Positions 13,143 through 25,217 of a stretch of DNA of 64,000 bases are shown here, one piece after another. The position numbers and the translations under genes are program-made. Source of the stretch: Parasitella parasitica NRRL 2501 (taxonomy: Eukaryota; Fungi; Mucoromycota); the NCBI GenBank assembly GCA_025201805.1, contig MU619243.1:62001-126000 (forward strand), given 5' to 3'. Position 1 is the first letter of the stretch; each line of letters starts with the position of its first letter. The notes under the pieces were generated by a model. The model had not been told where the DNA came from, did not search any database, and saw nothing but the letters and a program-made list of their open reading frames with translations.

Positions 13143-15141
13143 GCAAGATTTTAAACAGATTCAGTGCTTAAGTGTTGTCTCATGCCAATTTCATCATAAA
13201 CGTTCTCTGTTACGAATTTACCACATTTGCAAGCGACGAATAATTGTCAGATGCTGAAAATCGACAGATTTCCTCATAATCAATGCAGAAACTATAGCTG
13301 ATTGACATATAGAAAGCATTTTGTTTTTATCTATCTTCTGTGAATCCACCCATGAGGTCCATATCACACGGATACTCGGGTTCAGTTCAAAAGAGTGTAT
13401 ATTATGTTGAGCCATCCTTTACCATCAATATGCTTGCTGCGACATAGGTGGTCTAACAACGACTACAAGAACGTGAAATAGCTCCACCTTCTCCTTGCTT
13501 AATCTATGTTCGGCCTTACGTTACTTTATTTCATAACTATTAATAAAGAACAAGATTTCGAACAGTTGTTTGAATTGTCGGATGAACAATAAAGTCGACT
13601 TGCAAAATGTGATTGTAAAGAACAAACCCGAGAACATGATTGAAATGAAAGCTCGAACCTTTTACGTCTTCATCATGTGCTGTCTAAAATCTTGCCATAA
13701 CGGTATCTTTACTTACTTTTTTTTTCTTTACATGTACAGCGCACTTTTGCTTGCGTTCCAAAAAAAAAAACAAAAACCAAAACGATAAAGAAAAATTTTG
13801 AAGGCCAAACTCTACCGTCACGTTAAACGGGCCAGATTTACAGGACGTCGATATACAGTTCGCAACCCTCACCCCTCATTCGACCAGCACAATTGACGCT
13901 GCTATTACGCCATCGTTGTATTTTCAATACGTAGATATACAACCACTCTTAGGCAAGCAAGCATTTAGAAAGGATTGCAGTTGTTAATGGCACAATTTCT
14001 CAAGTACATGTTCCTTTATCATGTTGGTAAATCAGTCCTATAGCAATCAGACATTTCAGGCACATTTTATTAGTTTGCATGACCTGACATACCACCCTTC
14101 GATACAGCAACAATCAAAGCCTCGGGCAAACACTTCAGTTTAATATTGAATATAGCTGTTCTCCTTGACAACATCAAATTTGCCACACTTTATATATCTG
14201 GATTAGGTGATACCCTCCTTGTAACCAACTCCTATTGAAGGAGGACTAGGAGGCCGAGGAGAAAGGGCGGCGTCAATGATTACTTGAGCATCTTGACAAA
14301 TGTATTTATATCAGCAGAATGTTATCCCAGTTTTTTGGTATCAGTTTTGCATCGTCTGTATTATCTTTCCGTTTTTCTTTGTAAGCATTATTGGAGATTT
14401 ATATCTTTACAAAAGGTATTGGACATTTCATCAATTGCATGCTTTCATTTTAAACAAGCTAGAGTAAAGATACATAATGCAGTTTTCCAAATTTTGTCGT
14501 AAGTTTATAGCCACGTGTGAATAGAATTGATGCAGATCTTGTTTACGCACACATACTACTAAATACGCTTCGTGATGATTGTTTTTCTTTACTTTACTTT
14601 TTGGGAGGTTTTCGTCACATCCGATTCGAGTTCATGAAACAAGATTATCCTCTTTTTTTATTTTTTTTTAATTTGTTAAATAGATATGTGTCTTGAATAA
14701 TTATTTTAAAAGAGATTGTAAATGGATCGATCTATAGTTCCTCCAGTTGCCATTTAGTGTGAAGAGCGATATTAGATTTCAGACACTTTTTTTTTTTTTT
14801 TTCCCCCATTGTTATTACGGCCTGACACACAGAAATGCTTCTGAAGAAGTAAACAAAACTGCAAATGATGAATTCACATCAGAAAAAGAAATAGTATAGT
14901 AGGCGATAGCATACATCAAGGATACAAGAAAAAAGAGGGAGTCTCTTGTCAAGTAAAGAATCATGTTCGCACTCACACATCAAGATCCAAAAATAACTGC
15001 CCCCCTGAATGGTGAAAGAGATATTTATATGAACAGAAAAAAAAGGTCAATCCTTTTTCTTTCTTTTCTCTCTGTATATATAATTTTTACTGTAGTTTAT
15101 TTTGTGTATTTATATTGTACAAATTCCATAAAAAAGATATA

Positions 15142-16855
15142 ATGGGTCAATCTGAGAGCAAAGTCAAAGGATCATACACATTCGCCTATCTGGATGACCA
15201 CAGCATCGCTACCACAACAATAATAAAAAAGCGAAAAGACAAAAGCTATAATTATACTCAAGATGCACTTCTTAGTCACCCTGAACTATACGCTCTAAGG
15301 TCACAATACTCATTTTTGCCACCTTCACTATCTTCATCGCTACCAAGTACATCATCATCTTCAGTGACATCTTTAGACTGTGCAATGACGAGCAAGAAAT
15401 TTCCTGAACGCCCTGATTCTGGATACATGTCACCTAGTTACGATGAAAGCATGCAACTGGCAAATGATTTGGACTACATTGACAGTACATATTATCCATT
15501 CACTGCTTCTGAATCCTGCTTGTTGGCAGATGAAGAATATACCACAACATACAAAAGCTGCACAGAAGCAGCAGCAAAAGAAGAAGCAAATAGAGCACAC
15601 CATATCCTTTCATTTACAGATGTGATGCTTGCTTCGCCCGATAAGACATTACATGAGGTGTATTTGCCAGGCAGATCCATCTATAGACTTAGTCCCAATA
15701 TGGCCATGTTGACAATGATTCGTAAACTAGATTTGTAAGTATAATATAAAACAAAAGAGTGTGATCAGGAGATATAGGAGCACATATATATGGATGCAGG
15801 GGATTCTGTGTACTTAACAGCACGAGGATAAAGATAGAAATTTATAGTGGCAAACTTCTAACCACGTCGTTTATAGGTCAAGTAATCATTTGACTGAATT
15901 GCCAGAGTCTATCGGATACATGCAAAACTTGGAGGCGTTATCAGTGGCAAAAAACGGCATCAAATCGCTGCCAGATACAATTGGATATCTGTCAAATCTT
16001 TTGGAATTAGACGTTTCGTTCAACAAATTAGGACAAGTGACACCATGTATAGGCTATCTCTCCAAATTAAAGACACTATCTTTCGCATTCAATCGCATCA
16101 AGCGTCTGCCGACTGATGTAAGTGGACTTGTGGGGCTGATCTCGCTCGATTTGACCGGAAACCCGCTTGCTGTCTTACCAGCTGAAGTATCCAAGTTGCC
16201 ATATTTACGCCGTATGCGACTAGAAGACTGCCCGTTCGACGGCGACTTGTCATATCCATTACGACATAATGCTCCAAGCCTGGTTGAGATATGTGCACGT
16301 ACAGTGATACGAAAACAGATCAAAATCGACCATCATCCGTTTCTGCCTCAACACATGGTTGACTATATTAAATCAGCAAAATCATGTACTTCCTGTCATG
16401 GTCCATATTATGAATCTTATGTCTTGCGCGGCAGGTTGATGGAGAAGACAGATGTGCATATTCCTTTGGAATATACTCTCTGTTCTGCACATTGGTCTGA
16501 TGCAGATGATCGCATTCTCAGCATGTTTAGCGCGCAACCTGATACAAGCAGCCAAGTAATTAATATGCCTTATCGTCCTATGTTGCCTTGTCCTCCAAAG
16601 CAAGCAAAGGAGAGAATGAGCATATTCACTCGCCGATCGCGTCATGCTTCTTGCTCTGCTTCTGCTGCCACCACTGGTGCCACTGCCAATACTAATACAA
16701 CTTCTGCAAATCTATCGAATGACAGCAATATTGAGACAGAAGATCGTGATAGTCAATCAACCCCAGCAGCCAAGATTCCTCTTGGCCATCAGTCCACACA
16801 ATCATCATTAGCAAAATTAACATCGAAATTGAAACGAACCAGTCTCGCTTGGTGA
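15142..16855 (+). CDS. Leucine-rich-repeat protein with N-myristoylation motif and C-terminal BC-box/Cys-rich region (LRRC58-like); 2 exons
   Basis: MGQSES start; LRRs (LxxLxLxxNxLxxLP) across one intron at ~15735-15877; PSLVEICARTVIR; CTSCHGPY...PLEYTLCSAHW. Confidence 0.85.
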
Positions 16856-17374
16856 TCAACGACCACAACCACAACCACAACCATTCGTTTTATTGATTAA
16901 AACACCATTATTTCATATATTATACATATCCAAAACCACTGCAATGAGTATTGCCACTGTATATGTACAAATGCAAGAGTTATGTTTTTTTTTTTTGCCT
17001 TCAAATAGTTAGTAATAAAAATGCTATAATAAATTATATTGTATATTTCAAAAATGCCATATAAACAAATGACTCACGTATGGAGGTGGGCAAGATGTTT
17101 ATGGTACAAATATAGGTACATGTTTTTCTTTGGGATTATAGTGCACCTGACGTAAGCTTAAAGTAGTTAAGTAGATATTTCGACGTCGACAGTCGGTAAA
17201 GAGTGATACATTTAGAATAAATACTCGCTTTCTCGGTGTGCATCCCCAATTATGTACGTAAATAAACCCCTTTATTGGCATCCACAATTCGCTTTTGTTA
17301 TTACCAAAGCTTGCTTTGATCATATTCAATATTCGTTTGTTATTCTTTTAGATTTTTCATTTCATTACGCGCAG

Positions 17375-17771
17375 ATGAGTATTGATTTTTTTAATGAAGA
17401 TGGGCGAAAAATTATTTGTGGATAAAGTAGGAAATGAGGCCGTAAAACGAGAAAGTCGATCCTTACAATCTTAGTACATTGACAACCTCGTCTCAGTACT
17501 GGGTTTCCCAAAGCCGCGTTCCTACTGAAACTATGGAAGAGTTTAATGTATAGACGGAGGAGCTAGCACAGGAACTAGCAGGTGGCAGAAATTATAATAT
17601 GTATTCTGATAGGTAAAGGCAGCTTCCTTTTACTTTAACAAATTCAGGTTATAGGACCGCTCCCTCAGCTCGTAAGTCTCCGGTTAATACGAGAACAGTA
17701 ACTCCTCATACCTAGTAGATCCCGCTTGAATTATTTATGATGTTGTATCCATAGAATACCATGGTTACCAC
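17375..17771 (+). mobile_element. Decayed, internally deleted Tc1/mariner-IS630-like transposase remnant (copy A)
   Basis: Frameshifted MSIDFFNEDG..VDKVGNEA..VDPYNLSTLT and GRNYNMYSD..SARKSPVNTRT resemble the N-terminal/HTH part of Mucorales Tc1-like transposases. Contains stops. Homologous to 18770-19370. Confidence 0.6.
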
Positions 17772-17778
17772 AATAGGG

Positions 17779-18017
17779 TAGATTGTATCTATTCCAAAAA
17801 TGTCATGTCATTGATATGTACGAATAGTTGCTATACAAGAATTTATTGATTATAAATTGACAGATAGTATGTTTGCCGACTGATGTGTCAATTTCCCAAC
17901 CGGAAGTCAAACTCAAGTAAACACAATCCTAAACACAATTCAGGAACATATCCCCATGGATCATGTTCCTTATTTATAACTCAACATGACATGTTCATGG
18001 ACAATAGATACAATCTA
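17779..18017. mobile_element. MITE-like element with terminal inverted repeats and TA ends
   Basis: TAGATTGTATCTATT (17779-17793) is the exact reverse complement of AATAGATACAATCTA (18003-18017). A second inverted pair is ATGTCATGT (17800-17808) / ACATGACAT (17984-17992). Confidence 0.55.
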
Positions 18018-18124
18018 TCGTTCTCTAAATCACACCATGTCTCACACTTGTATCTTATCCTCCCATCATCAGTCCACTTAGATTCACTAGTATATAAACC
18101 ATCATTTTTTCAATGTAATAAACG

Positions 18125-18289
18125 AGATCTTTACCTGATTAATTCACAACCGTTTTATTTGAATAATTTCTCATTCTGATAAATCACTCATCACCGAAAC
18201 TTTTATCATCACATCGTTTTTCTTAGTTGGTTAATAGTATTGAAACCCTCCATTTTGAATATAATAATCAGATCTTTACCTGATTAATT
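18125..18289. repeat. 20-bp direct repeat
   Basis: AGATCTTTACCTGATTAATT occurs at 18125-18144 and 18270-18289. Confidence 0.8.
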
Positions 18290-18446
18290 TCTATCAAGTT
18301 CTTTTCTAATAAACCAGCCTATTGTTATATTTAATCAGCCAATAACCACAACGAATGTGAATTATTCACCAGTTAGTTCGGCGTTGCAATTTAGATGATA
18401 TGTAAACTCAAAATAGATGGTTTCTTAACAAGAAAGACATTCCACT

Positions 18447-18672
18447 TGTTATATCAATAACATGCTATAAGGTTTGTAGTCAAATCAGGGGCTAAAGCCA
18501 ATGTGCGTAAGTAAATCAGGGATTTACACCGCATGTTCTATATAGTAAACCTTAGTTACAGTCGTGCCTTAGCACGCAATGTTGGTTCATATAAATACAT
18601 CCAAAAGATGCATTTCTAATAAGATTGTTACTCTTTGGCAGATTAGCTTTACTGACTGATTTTGACATAGCA
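18447..18672 (+). mobile_element. Solo-LTR-like repeat, copy 1
   Basis: Starts TGTTATATCAA and ends TTGACATAGCA (TG...CA, imperfect inverted ends). Internal TATAAATA and TAATAA. Colinear with 59107-59342. Confidence 0.7.
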
Positions 18673-18769
18673 CTATTGATTACTTCTATCTATAATGTAT
18701 ATTAATAACAGGTGGCATTTAACATTGGATCCGATCAGGAACAGTTGCGATGATAATTGGGTTAAAGTA

Positions 18770-19370
18770 GTAGTTATCATGGCATTCTATGGGTACAACA
18801 CAAAGATTGCAAGGTCGCTCTCTTTACAACGGTTAGATTACGTTCATTAAAATCAGAATTTCCAGCAGAGATTTCGTTCAAACGGGACTTCTCGAATGGT
18901 TCTGTTATGCTTGCCGCTTCCCGTTGCATCGTGCCTTGTTCCTGGAGGGAGTAGAGAGTCATTGAAGAAATCCAGAAGACGTCATTTGTGTTCTGCATGA
19001 ACGAACTACAAGGACTTTCAATTAAACAAAATCGCCATCTTCTCATATATAGTACGAGTGAGATCTTCTTTGAGGAGTAGCTGTTCCCACTTTAACCTGA
19101 AGAAATATACGAGCAGCGGAGGCGGCCTTCCATGACCTGATTCTGTTGAAGTAAAAGAAAACTGCTTTTCTTGACAGAATACACATTGTAATCTCTGCCA
19201 CTCCTTCCTCTGATATCTTCATCCACTATTAACTCTTTTGGAAGCTTCCCCATGTTTACATCAAACTCTTCCTTAGATTAAACAGGAACGTCGCTTTAGT
19301 ATGCCTGATACTGAAGCAAGATCATTAAGGTGCCAAGATTGTAACAATTGGCTTCGTCTTCTCGTTCATC
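18770..19370 (-). mobile_element. Decayed Tc1/mariner-IS630-like transposase remnant (copy B), inverted relative to copy A
   Basis: The minus strand reads GRDYNVYS..KAVFFYFNRIRSWKAASAAR and then ..EISAGNSDFNERNLTVVKRAT. It matches 17584-17608 at 22/25 nt and 17741-17771 at 26/31 nt. Confidence 0.65.
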
Positions 19371-20454
19371 CTAAAAAATTATCACTCTTATGAACTTAAT
19401 GAAAGATTTGAAATACTAAAAAACAAAATAGAATAAAACAACCTTGGGAGTGAATTACAGAGCTTTAAAAAAATGATTTTATTTCTGAGGAAAACGAGCA
19501 TTAGGGGTGGATCCTTTGTATCAGCCCAAAATGTAGATTACAGCATTTATGCCGTAAATCAAGTGGCAAAAGTATTCATATTAGTCTTTTAATGCAACAT
19601 CCGGATTATCCATTGCTGGATAGTAGTGAAATATGCATCGGTCGACTAAATTCATCTAGCATGCAATATAAATGGGTATCATTTGTGTTTTGATTGAGAT
19701 TGTATATCGATCGAAATAAATCATCCGTCATCGATATAGACATCAAACCAAAGGCATAAAGGAGAAAGTCGATGCTATTTTCACATAAATTTTACTTGTG
19801 TCTCCTTTAATTTAATTGTACAATATCATATGCCAAAAATGCCATTGTGCAACATATTTTCTGATGCTTTAAAACAATTATATGCATCGTTAGCATTTTT
19901 TACACTCACTCAAAAATATACATACGATATTATACAGTAAAAACAAACATGAGTTATGCCCATGAAAACATGCTGGTGTAAATATATTCTAGACGCTTTG
20001 TATACATTCAAATAGATCTAGAAAATACTAATTAGAACAATAAGAGATCTAGTGTAAATCACATCATTTATCCCTTAATCTACTCACTTCTTCTCCCTTG
20101 TCGCCAAGCTTCTATATTGTAATAATGATGTATAATACATATTCGTGTGAGTTTATTAATCGATCAATCATCTAGATATTTTGACTGTATTCCAGTTACA
20201 AAGAGGAATCGTCAGTCTTTGGACATCTAGCACGTTGAGAAGCCAAGGTTTCTTCTGTGTTACAGAAGTATAGTACAGTTTCCGCAAGCACAATATCGAA
20301 TCAAACTTTAGTTTGAACATTTAATACAGCAAAAGGAGAATTGTGCAAATTTGTGTCAGGAACATTAATAGTTGTGTAAAAACTATATAAAGGAACCTGA
20401 CAAATTTTGTAAACATGTTGTCAATTGTATTCTTTTATACACATATACAATAAG

Positions 20455-23056
20455 ATGCGGCACTGCTCAGTTTTGGCAGCATCTTTGCTTTTACTATCTA
20501 ATTTTCTTGTGGAAGCCATCAGCACTCCCACCGCTAACAATATGGCAACACTAAAAGCTCGCCGTTTACGAAACATTATTGATATTGGGGAAACATCCAC
20601 CGAAAATGTCAATACATGGTAAATATATAGTAAAATCTGCACTTGCGAGGATATACTTACATACAATATATTCTGCACGTTGATTATTTAGGAAATCTTC
20701 ATTGAAGTCTACTGGTACTTGGTCTGATGTTGATTACTCTGTAGGCTGTGATGCCAGGTGAATATATATATATGCATAAACGTAAACGTTTCATCGTTGC
20801 ATTAAATTAATGAAATTATAAATCCGTATACTGTAGAGTTGCTTCCTGGCCTGCTCAAACACATTTAGGCAGAACACGTAAGGCGAAAACTATTATATAT
20901 GGTATAGTACCAAAATTAATAAATCCTTTAATTCTATAGGTGCTCTTGCAGCGGCTTATGCCAAAACCCCCACAGACAGCACTCTTTTAGCCAAAGCTAT
21001 TTTGGCGCTAGATTATTGGTTAGACAACGATTTTACATCAAGTGATTGTATTGATTGGGGTGGCAAAAGTGCTGGAGACTGTCCTTGTGGTACGCCAGGT
21101 TTATGGAATAGAAATTGGTATGTACGCCTCCTAAAGGAATATAGTATATCTGTATCTAGCAAATAGACTAAAAAGGATCGGCCTAGGTATAACCAAATCA
21201 TTGGCACCCCCTCGTACATTGGCGGGATTTGTTTGCTGCTCCAGGAACAGTTAACATCAAACCAATTAGCAAGGTGTACAAAAATCCAGAAAAGATCTTA
21301 TGATACCATCGATACTGGTTTACGTACAGTGAGCAGTTATACCGGCGCAAATTTGCTTGACGTTGCATCTGTTGGCATAACTCTCGGCTTACAAAATCAA
21401 GATGCCGATACACTGAAAGCTGCATTGGAAGATTTCTATCGTGGGGTGGAGATCAGCTCCAAAGTAGCTGGCGATGGCATCCAAGCAGATGGCTCTTTCA
21501 TGCAACACGCTGGGTTGCTTTACAATGGTAATTACGGCAAGGACTACATCAACGATTTGCTGTCAGTCTTTATTGAAACCAAAGAAACCGATCTTGCCCC
21601 TCCTTCAAGCGCTCAAACCGCCTTTGAAACTCTGATAAGTGGGTCAGAATGGATGATAATTGCTGACACCAAGCTCAAGTCTCTTCTATGGCAATACAGT
21701 GTCATTGGACGTATGATTTCTTTCAGATATTCTGATAATCAGGCCAGCGGTGGTGTTTCAATTGATCTCAATAAAGTAGAAGAAAGCGCTGAAGGGTGGG
21801 AGAAAGAAGATGATATAGCAGCCATTACGAACCGTTTGCAAGCCCCCTCTACCGATGATGCCAACCAAGGCGATTTAGTTGGCACTCGCTATTTCTACAA
21901 TGCCGATTACATGGTTAGTATTTGTATATTTGTACATACAAGCGATTTAATGTCTTTTTTGTGAGCATAGGTTCATCGTGGTCCCTCTTACGTTGTTACT
22001 ATGAAGATGTATTCCTCCCGTACAATCAACTCTGAGTGTCTAAATGTTCAAAATCCCTTCGGTTTCCATCTTAGCGATGGTGCTATTCACAACTATCTAA
22101 GCGGCGATGAGTATGTAGATACATTTGGTGCTTGGGACTGGAATCTCGTTCCTGGTGTCACTGTGGATTATGGAGGGACTCCTTTGACTTGCACAACTGT
22201 CAAGAACAAGGGCAAGAAAGCCTTTGTCGGTGGCGTCACTGATGGAAACACAGGTATTGCTGTAATGGATTATTTGAACCCTCAAAATGGAAATCTAGCT
22301 TTCAAGAAAACAGCGTTTTTCTTTCCATGTGGCTATGCTGTTCAAGTTGGGCCTGTTACGTCCAAGAATAAAAATGCTCCTCTCATAACCGTGCTTGACC
22401 AACGCCGTCGCAATGGCGATATCTACGTTGCAGGCAAGCGAAAGAATACCGATAAAACGTACGCTACAGCCAAGACCAATAGCATCTGGCATGATAGAAT
22501 AGGCTATTACTTTCCTACTTCAGAAGCACTCTTTGTCAACTCTAGGCCCAAAGCTTCCAACTGGTCTGACATTGGTATATCTACTGGCAATGAAACTCAA
22601 CAATTATGGTCGTCTTATATCAAGCACTCTACCACTACCACAACCGGTCTCTTGACTCAATACGTTGTTCAGCCAGACATTTCTGCTTCTGCATTTAATG
22701 CCAAGGTTGATACCGGTAAAATCCCTATTGCTTTGGCGTTCAAGGCAAAATCCCCTCAGGTCAGTGCCGCTTATAGTGCTGCTGACAAGTCTATTGCCGC
22801 TGCGTTCTGGACAGCTGGTACCTATGCTACTCCTTGGAACTCTGTTACTATCACTACCAATAATCCATGTATCCTCACCTTCAGAAAAACATCTGCGACC
22901 AATTACCGCCTTACTGTCGCTGATCCTAGTCAATTATTGACAACGGTAAAGCTCGCTATCAAAGTTGGGTCTGTATCTAAATCAACTTCTGTTAATCTAC
23001 CTACTGGTGTCAACGCTGGTAAAAGTGTCGCCAAGTCAATGGTGTATTCCTCATAA
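20455..23056 (+). CDS. Secreted polysaccharide lyase family 8 (chondroitin AC/hyaluronate/alginate lyase-like); ~6 exons
   Basis: Signal peptide MRHCSVLAASLLLLSNFLVEA. PL8 motifs NW(W/Y)..IG.P, TGANLLD, GIQADGSFMQH..LYNGNYGKD, IGRMIS, ECLN.QNPFGFHLSDG and WDWNLVPGVT. Confidence 0.93.
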
Positions 23057-23737
23057 GACACACTCCTTTCAGCCTCTCTTGTTGTATCTCTAAATGTATT
23101 TTATAATTTTTATTTTTCGTATATTACTCTCCCTTCGTGAATAAAACGCCTTGGTGATGGTTAATTATTATCGCTGATCATAAAATAAACGCTTAGCGTA
23201 CTTACTCTGTTAAAATTTACTAAAATGTTTCCATGAAAATCCATCAGGGCAAATCGACTGATTTGCTCCTTTCTCTTGAAAGTCCAGTCTTTTCATTAGG
23301 TATATATTCGGCATTAATTAAAAATGATTCATATAAGATTTGACAGGGTATGTGGAGCTACCATTTTAGGTATTGTTTACTTCATCAATCAACAGACACG
23401 CATTTGCCTCCAATTTCTGGGCTACAGCGTGTTCCATTAAATGTGAATGAAATATAACAATCATAATTATGAAGTAACTTTCAAAAGTTAGGATGAAACG
23501 GTGATCAAATCTTCTAAACAATCTTCCAGACGCTTAAATCAAATGAGCAAAAATAAAATCATTTTAACAGAAGGTTTACGCTTGGAACATCAATCTTAAA
23601 GTCTTCAAGTTTTTTTTTTTTTCTTTTTTTTTTACAGGTATTGTTGAAATTACCGAACAAAAAAAAAAATACACTGAAGAGAAACATTAATGAATGCCAG
23701 GACAAAACCGGGTATAAACTGGAAAGCATTGGCATTT

Positions 23738-24800
23738 TCAGGATGAAATGATCAATTTTTGTAATTTACTACAGTCGTATCCATGTGCACGGATATCCTT
23801 TTTAGTTTCTGAAGGATCTTCCAAAGTTTGTTCTAAATAGAAAGCCTGGGAAATTGATTAAGAATCCTGCCCGCTCTCAAATTTTATGGATTCGCATTTA
23901 GCGCACATGTACGTACCAAAAATCCTTTCTTTGTTAGCCATCCCTGGTTATTTGCACCAAACCGTTGTCCCATATTCTCGATGAATGATGTCGGTGGATG
24001 TTGTCCATTTGTTGAAAATACAAATAAATCTAATTCTTTAGGGTTTAAACAATCATCATTATCCTCATCAAATCTGTTGAATATCTCAAGCAACACCCTT
24101 AATAACTCTGGCGACAGATTATCGTTGACTAATAGCGGTAGAATATTACTTTCTTCCTTATCACTCTCCATGATGCATAAAATCTTCTTTTCCAATTCTA
24201 AAAAAAAACAATCATGTACACTCATACATTAGCAGAAAATTGAGTACTACAATCGGTACAACACTCACGGTCAAATAGCTCGAATGACGAATCAACTAGT
24301 CTACCCATATCTATAACGTCCAAAGCATCCTCTAACTGATTCATAGTAAATAATATAAAGCTCAAAATATAGTAACATCCAGCATATCCAGGTAGAATAT
24401 CTATAAATATATTAGCAAGGTTAACGCTGGTTCTTCCCTCAGAAATTTAGACTTGTCTAACCAACCTAATATCCACAGCATTTTTGAGGCAACATGCACC
24501 AGTACAGAGTAGTTCATATCGTCTTGCAATGTGGTCAGTGATCTACGAGCGTCCTTGTATTCTTTGTTTCCCTGATCCCGCAAAATGTCACCATCAGCTC
24601 CATTAATTGATTCAGTTTTCGAAATGTAATATTCACGCCAATTCATGGGCTCCCGTTCAAACTTTTTTGACAGATCGTTCGATAATTCTAGACCTGTCGA
24701 TTTGACAAATAAATTGTATAAACGAAATAAATCACCAAAATCATGCATATATTTGCTATTGAAAAAATCAATGTTTTAGTTTCAATAAAATCACACAATA

Positions 24801-24831
<31 letters not shown>

Positions 24832-25071
24832 CCCCGTTCAGGTTTGCTTGTATAATATAATGTAAACCCCCTTTTTCTGTACTTGCTTGTCCCCTTTTTC
24901 TTTCTTTCTTTCTCTGTATATACATAGACTATACCTCTTCCAAAATTCGTCATTGAGAAATATATGGTTATATTGCGATCTAGAGCACAGTCCAAATTCT
25001 CTTATCTCTTTTGGCCGCAAGTAAAGAGCAATGCATTCAATGACATTTGGTGGCAATTTTGAAAAATACAT
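23738..25071 (-). CDS. F-box plus EF-hand protein; multi-exon
   Basis: N-terminal F-box FSKLPPNVIECIALYL..KEIREFGLCSR. EF-hand IFNRFDEDNDDCLNPKEL, then GWLTKKGFL/AFYLEQTLEDPSETKKDIRAHGYD. TGA at 23738. Confidence 0.8.
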
Positions 25072-25217
25072 TTCCCAATTATTGAAAAGGAATTAATTAT
25101 AAAGAAAGAAAATAAAGAAACTCTTTTATTTGGCAGATATATAAATGTCAAAACCGCCGCCGGAAATAATTTTGTATTTCCCCATCCACTTGTATAGGTG
25201 ACATTTTTTAGGATTTA

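Noticed and set aside
13149-13197. Minus-strand ATGATGA...CTGA pair resembling a box C/D snoRNA
   Set aside because: The boxes span only ~37 nt, and there is no convincing terminal stem or rRNA guide next to box D.
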